A stretch of 64,000 nucleotides of DNA from Okamejei kenojei. Its lineage: Eukaryota. Each line of letters starts with the position of its first letter. The stretch's first letter is position 1. The notes under the pieces were generated by a model that saw only the letters and a program-made list of their open reading frames with translations, did not search any database and was not told the DNA's origin. The position numbers and the translations under genes were made by a program. This document shows positions 59,626 through 64,000 of this stretch, in pieces. The DNA lies in assembly GCA_035221665.1 (NCBI GenBank), contig CM069152.1, positions 19,716,001 to 19,780,000 of the forward strand. Reading direction: 5' to 3'.

Positions 59626-60469
59626 CTAATTACAACTGACATTCTAAGGTGGAGAAAGTGAACAGAAAGAGAGAGGGAGAGGGGGATAGATAAAAATAAG
59701 GGGTAGACAAAAAGAAGGGGAAAACATAATCCTTGCCACATTGGAAGAGGCTATTCATCCCATTAAATTCATGCATCTCTCAAGAGTATTCCCATTATTC
59801 TCTCCCCCACCGTGTGATCCACTCCCTCACACTCACCAATTCCTACTGATACCACTGCCATATGCCTACAGTAGTTTATTGTTATTTGTCATTGCAGCCA
59901 ATTAATCTACCGGGATGTGGGAGGAAAGCCGAGCAGCTGGGGAAATCATATGATCACAGGGGGAACGTGCGAACTCCATGTCGAGGGGACCCAAGGCGAG
60001 GTTTGAAACCAGGACCTGTGAGGCAGCATCACCCCCTCCTGCAGCTCTCTGCCATCCCTGAGCAGAGGGAGGAATGGGAGGAAAGGGACAATTGCGGAGT
60101 GTGAAGGAAAGAAGAAACAAGAATGGGGGAGGGAGGGGAGTGGCAGGATTAGGAGATAAAAGAGGAAATAAACAAGAGAAGGAGAGAGGAATATATATTT
60201 TTGTCAATTAGATTTATCAATGAATCTGAAGCAACTGTCAATCGGAAATCAGAAATCATGTTGTTCATTCCAAAAGGAGATGAATGAGCAATCTTTCAGA
60301 AAATTGGCTTTCAGAGAAATGTGTTCACTTTCATTTTCCAGTGGCAATGATCCTTCCTGCATGATCAGGTTCTAACTTTAACTATTAATGTGTTAATGCT
60401 TACAAATAAAGAATTAACAGTGATAATATTTTAAATCCTTTAACAGAGATGGTTTAACTTTTACCGACT

Positions 60470-62140
60470 CCCCAACCCCAGCACAACCTCACACATATTC
60501 ATGCACACGTACACATCATCCACACCCGTACACCCACCTGCAGCCCACTCCAACCCCACACGCAGACCAGACCCTCACACTACACTCGCTCCCACAACAC
60601 CCAACACCCTGCCAACACTTACCCCGCACACGCCCATCCCACACACCCATACCCCACCCATACTGCCCATCCCACACACCCATACCCCACCCACGCCCAT
60701 ACCCCACCCATACCCCACACATGCCCATCCCACACACCCATACCCCACACATGCCCATCCCACACACCCATACCCCACCTATACCCCACACACGCCCATC
60801 CCACACCCATACCCCACCTACTAACCTCCGTACTAACACGTGCACCCAACCCTCCAAATCCACAGCCGTACCCAATACGTTACTCACCACTCAGACCCAC
60901 GCAAACCCAACCCACCACCCTACAAACACTAACAACTCAATCCCCACCCATCACACTTCCCTCCCCACACCTTCCCCAAGTCCCCACCCCACCAGTCCCC
61001 AAACCCCACCCTCAAACACACTCCCCACCCCATGCACACGCTTCCTCTCACCACACACCCCTGAACAACACTACCTTCCTTACCATAGTTAAATCACCCC
61101 CCCCCCCCATACTCTACTTTCTCCACCACCCCTGGTCCAATCACACACTCCCCACCCACACCCCTTCCACCCTGACCCTGACCCACAGACTCCACCCACA
61201 CTGCTCTCCCCCAACCGATTCACACACCACCACACATGCAACCCCATCCCTGATTAAAACAGCTCCCTCCCCACTCACACATCCTTGAAAGCACACATAA
61301 ATCCGTCCACCCACCTTCACCTTTCCCTGCCAGCATCTAACTCCTCTCCCATTCCCACACATCCATACCCGTCCTCTCCCAACCAGCTCTTCCTAACTCT
61401 TCCCTCCATTTTACCATTCTATCCCTCCCTATCCCGTCTCTCCCACACGTTACCTCAACCCCAAACATATCCCACCCTTGCTCCCCCACCCATCCCCACA
61501 CTCTTCCCTCCCATCACAAACCCTTCCCTCAACCCTCAAGCATTCCTATCCCCAACCCTCACCCGTTCCTTGCTTACACCACCACAGCTCCATCACCCAT
61601 TCCCACACTCTTCCCCACCACCTACACACCATTCCCCATACCTCATCACACACCATCTCTGTCCCCACCTCTTCCGTTCCACCTCCCACCACCCACACCA
61701 CAGTCCCTCCCCCACCACCTGCACAAACCCTATTCCCCAACCCTGCCTCCCCTGTCCCCATTCTCCTCCCTCCTCACCACCCCCACGTCAACATCCCCTC
61801 CCCCTCACACACATCCCCTTCCTCACCCACATCCACTCTTCCACACATCCACCCCACATCCCCTCCTTCGTCCACCCCCCCCCCTACTCGAGCCCTCTCC
61901 ATACATACACACCCGTCCCAGCTCCCCCACACATAAATACGCACTCCACACACCCTCCCCCACCAACATGCATTCATTCCCAACCCCCATCTCCCATCAT
62001 ACCCACCCCATCCTCCCGCCCAAAAGTCCCCTTCCACAAACATCCTTCACCCCCACGCACTCGCCCCTCTCACACACCGCACACATCCCCACCTAGCCAC
62101 TCCACACAAAACCAACCCTCTCCCTCTTATCCTTCTGTCC
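60470..62140. repeat. 1.7-kb C/A-rich low-complexity tract including ~30-bp tandem units at 60620-60820
   Basis: Almost no G on the + strand. Repeated CCCATACCCCACACATGCCCATCCCACACA. Confidence 0.93.
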
Positions 62141-62199
62141 CACCTGTCTTGTAGAGGCTGTGCCAGGTTCCAAGACTTCATCAGTTCTAGTCACTGATA

Positions 62200-62385
62200 G
62201 ATACAGAATGCTGGAGTAACAGCAAGACAGCAAGCATCTCTGGAGAGAAGGAATGGGTGACGTTTCGGGACCTGAAGAAGGGTGTCGACTTGAAACGTCA
62301 CCCATTCCTTCTCCCTCGAGATGCTGCCTGTCCCGTTGAGTTACTCCAGCATTTTTATTTGGTTTAAACCAGCATCTGCTGTTCC
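62200..62385. mobile_element. Palindromic pLTR-derived unit with hammerhead-like core
   Basis: GAGAAGGAATGGGTGACGTTTC pairs with GAAACGTCACCCATTCCTTCTC around CTGAAGAAGGGTGTCGACTT. Confidence 0.88.
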
Positions 62386-63451
62386 ATTCACTGCTCAGAC
62401 AATCCAAGCACTGGTGAGATTAGTTCATGCCTGTCTCAACATACCACTTACTCACAAGTCTCCTCACCATAGTTTTAATCAAACCACTGAATTTGGTGCT
62501 CTTCTTGTCCAGGCTGAAATAACTGGCCACTGTTGACCTTGCTGCAAACTATTACACCTCACTTTCCTGAGGTGTGGATATACTTATTTTTCCTGGTACT
62601 GTAGAGGACATCTTCAGGAGGTAAAATTAATGCGTGCCCATGGATAGACCACCCGTTGCACCCCTGTCTGATATTCCAGTGCAACTCGATATCAGATGAT
62701 GTATGTAGCAACGATCACTGAGTTTGTGCATTTAGTGCTAGTACCCAAAAATAACCTGGATTTATATTGTGCCGTTTAAGCAGTAAAACACCCTAAGCTA
62801 AGTTTATATATTAGATCACCTCACACTTCCTGGTGCTACATCTCATTGCCATCTTTGTCCAGCTACAGTTAGAGAATCCATCAATGCTTCAACACTCATC
62901 GAGACTAACCAAGGGTTTAGAGCCACAATACGCTGATCTATGAGATCTCACAATTTAGACGCGCCCTGGAAGTTCTCAGTGTGCAAAGAATTCTGTGCGG
63001 CACCGGGAACTGGCCTTGCATTACAAACCTCTCAGGTCTTCTTAGTTTATTCCATTTATAAGATCATTAAAAAATAATTGGGTCAAGAATGAGGTAAAAT
63101 TAATTGAGTGTAGTGGAGGGTGAGTGGTTTAATGGGGCAATGCATTTCTTTCTACGGTCAATTCAAGTACAGCTAGAGGCAATGCAAGTGCTAATTAGTT
63201 TATTTCATATGTTGAGATTTCAGGATGTTTATGATTTGAATAGCCCATTCAAATCAATATTCAGAACAAAATAATCTAGTTCCAGTAATTAGGATTTAGT
63301 CTAATTTCCATGGGAGGAAGATATTTCATGAAAAGGCACAATATTATTTTTTAAAGAAAAATCAGTTTGCCTTGCTCACAATCCCAGTTAAGAAGACAAG
63401 CCAATCTCTAATTGTGTGATATGTGGAGACCTAATAACCATCGGGAGTCAA

Positions 63452-63720
63452 TTTAGTTTGGTTTAGTTTAGTTTAGAGATACAATGTGGAAACAGGCTCT
63501 TCAGCCCACTGAGCCCATGCCATCCACTGATCCCTTAGACACCAAGGACAATTTACAAAGCTGGACGTCTTTGGAATGTGGGAGAAAACTGGAGCACCCG
63601 GAGAAAACCCACGTGGTCACAGGGAGAATGCACAGACTCCGGACAGACAGCACTGGTACTCAGGATCGAACCGGTGTCCGGCGCTGAAAGGCAGCAACTC
63701 GACCACTGCGCCATTGTGCC
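63452..63720 (-). mobile_element. HE1 V-SINE
   Basis: (GTTTA)n tail, GGAGAAAACCCACGTGGTCACAGGGAGAA and head CACTGCGCCATTGTGCC. Confidence 0.9.
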
Positions 63721-64000
63721 AGCAAACACACATTTGTATTGAGAGTGCAGCCAAATATATGAGGCATGAATTGTCCCCTTTCGTCAAGGACTCCATACAG
63801 CTGCTTCTCTGGAGTCTCCTATGAATATTGTTGCAGCCCTGTGAGCAGTTAGTAAAATATACTGTGTGGCAGCGCAGTCTTCAAGCAACTCGTATTGTTT
63901 ACAACCAAAATTAACTTTACTGTATCGATGAACTCGCAAACGAAACCATTTAGCGTGAGCTTCCTTTGCTTCTCTGGTCAAGAGCAGATTCAGCTGAAAT

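Noticed and set aside
61285-62154. 289-aa Pro/His/Ser-rich ORF (extensin- or mucin-like)
   Set aside because: Low-complexity C-rich DNA lacks stop codons in several frames, and there is no ATG start or domain.

Overview
This is vertebrate nuclear DNA, not prokaryotic. The repeat content points to a cartilaginous fish, most likely a skate or ray (inference): HE1-type tRNA-derived V-SINEs, HER1/CR1 LINEs, Deu-domain SINE relics and Penelope-derived repeats. I found no recognisable host protein-coding exon, and every long ORF is transposon-derived or low-complexity. The first ~16 kb is CpG-rich and contains a candidate + strand TATA promoter (~1817) with a non-canonical REST/RE1 site at the predicted start and a canonical RE1 at 6146. 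The rest is CpG-poor intron or gene-desert sequence with many transposons and several AT-rich, repeat-free blocks that look like conserved enhancers. The most unusual structures are: (i) a Tx1-clade LINE composite at 22.9-25.9 kb with nested target-site duplications (TSDs) and a ~555-bp near-perfect inverted repeat; (ii) many short Penelope-derived units carrying a minimal hammerhead-ribozyme-like core, one as a 141-bp insert with its own 9-bp TSD and several as palindromes; (iii) a CR1 insertion flanked by a ~118-bp duplication; (iv) a 176-N gap ending directly in a perfect splice donor. I cannot support a claim of a novel protein-coding system. Repeat family names were recognised by eye without a database search, and boundaries of old repeats are approximate.
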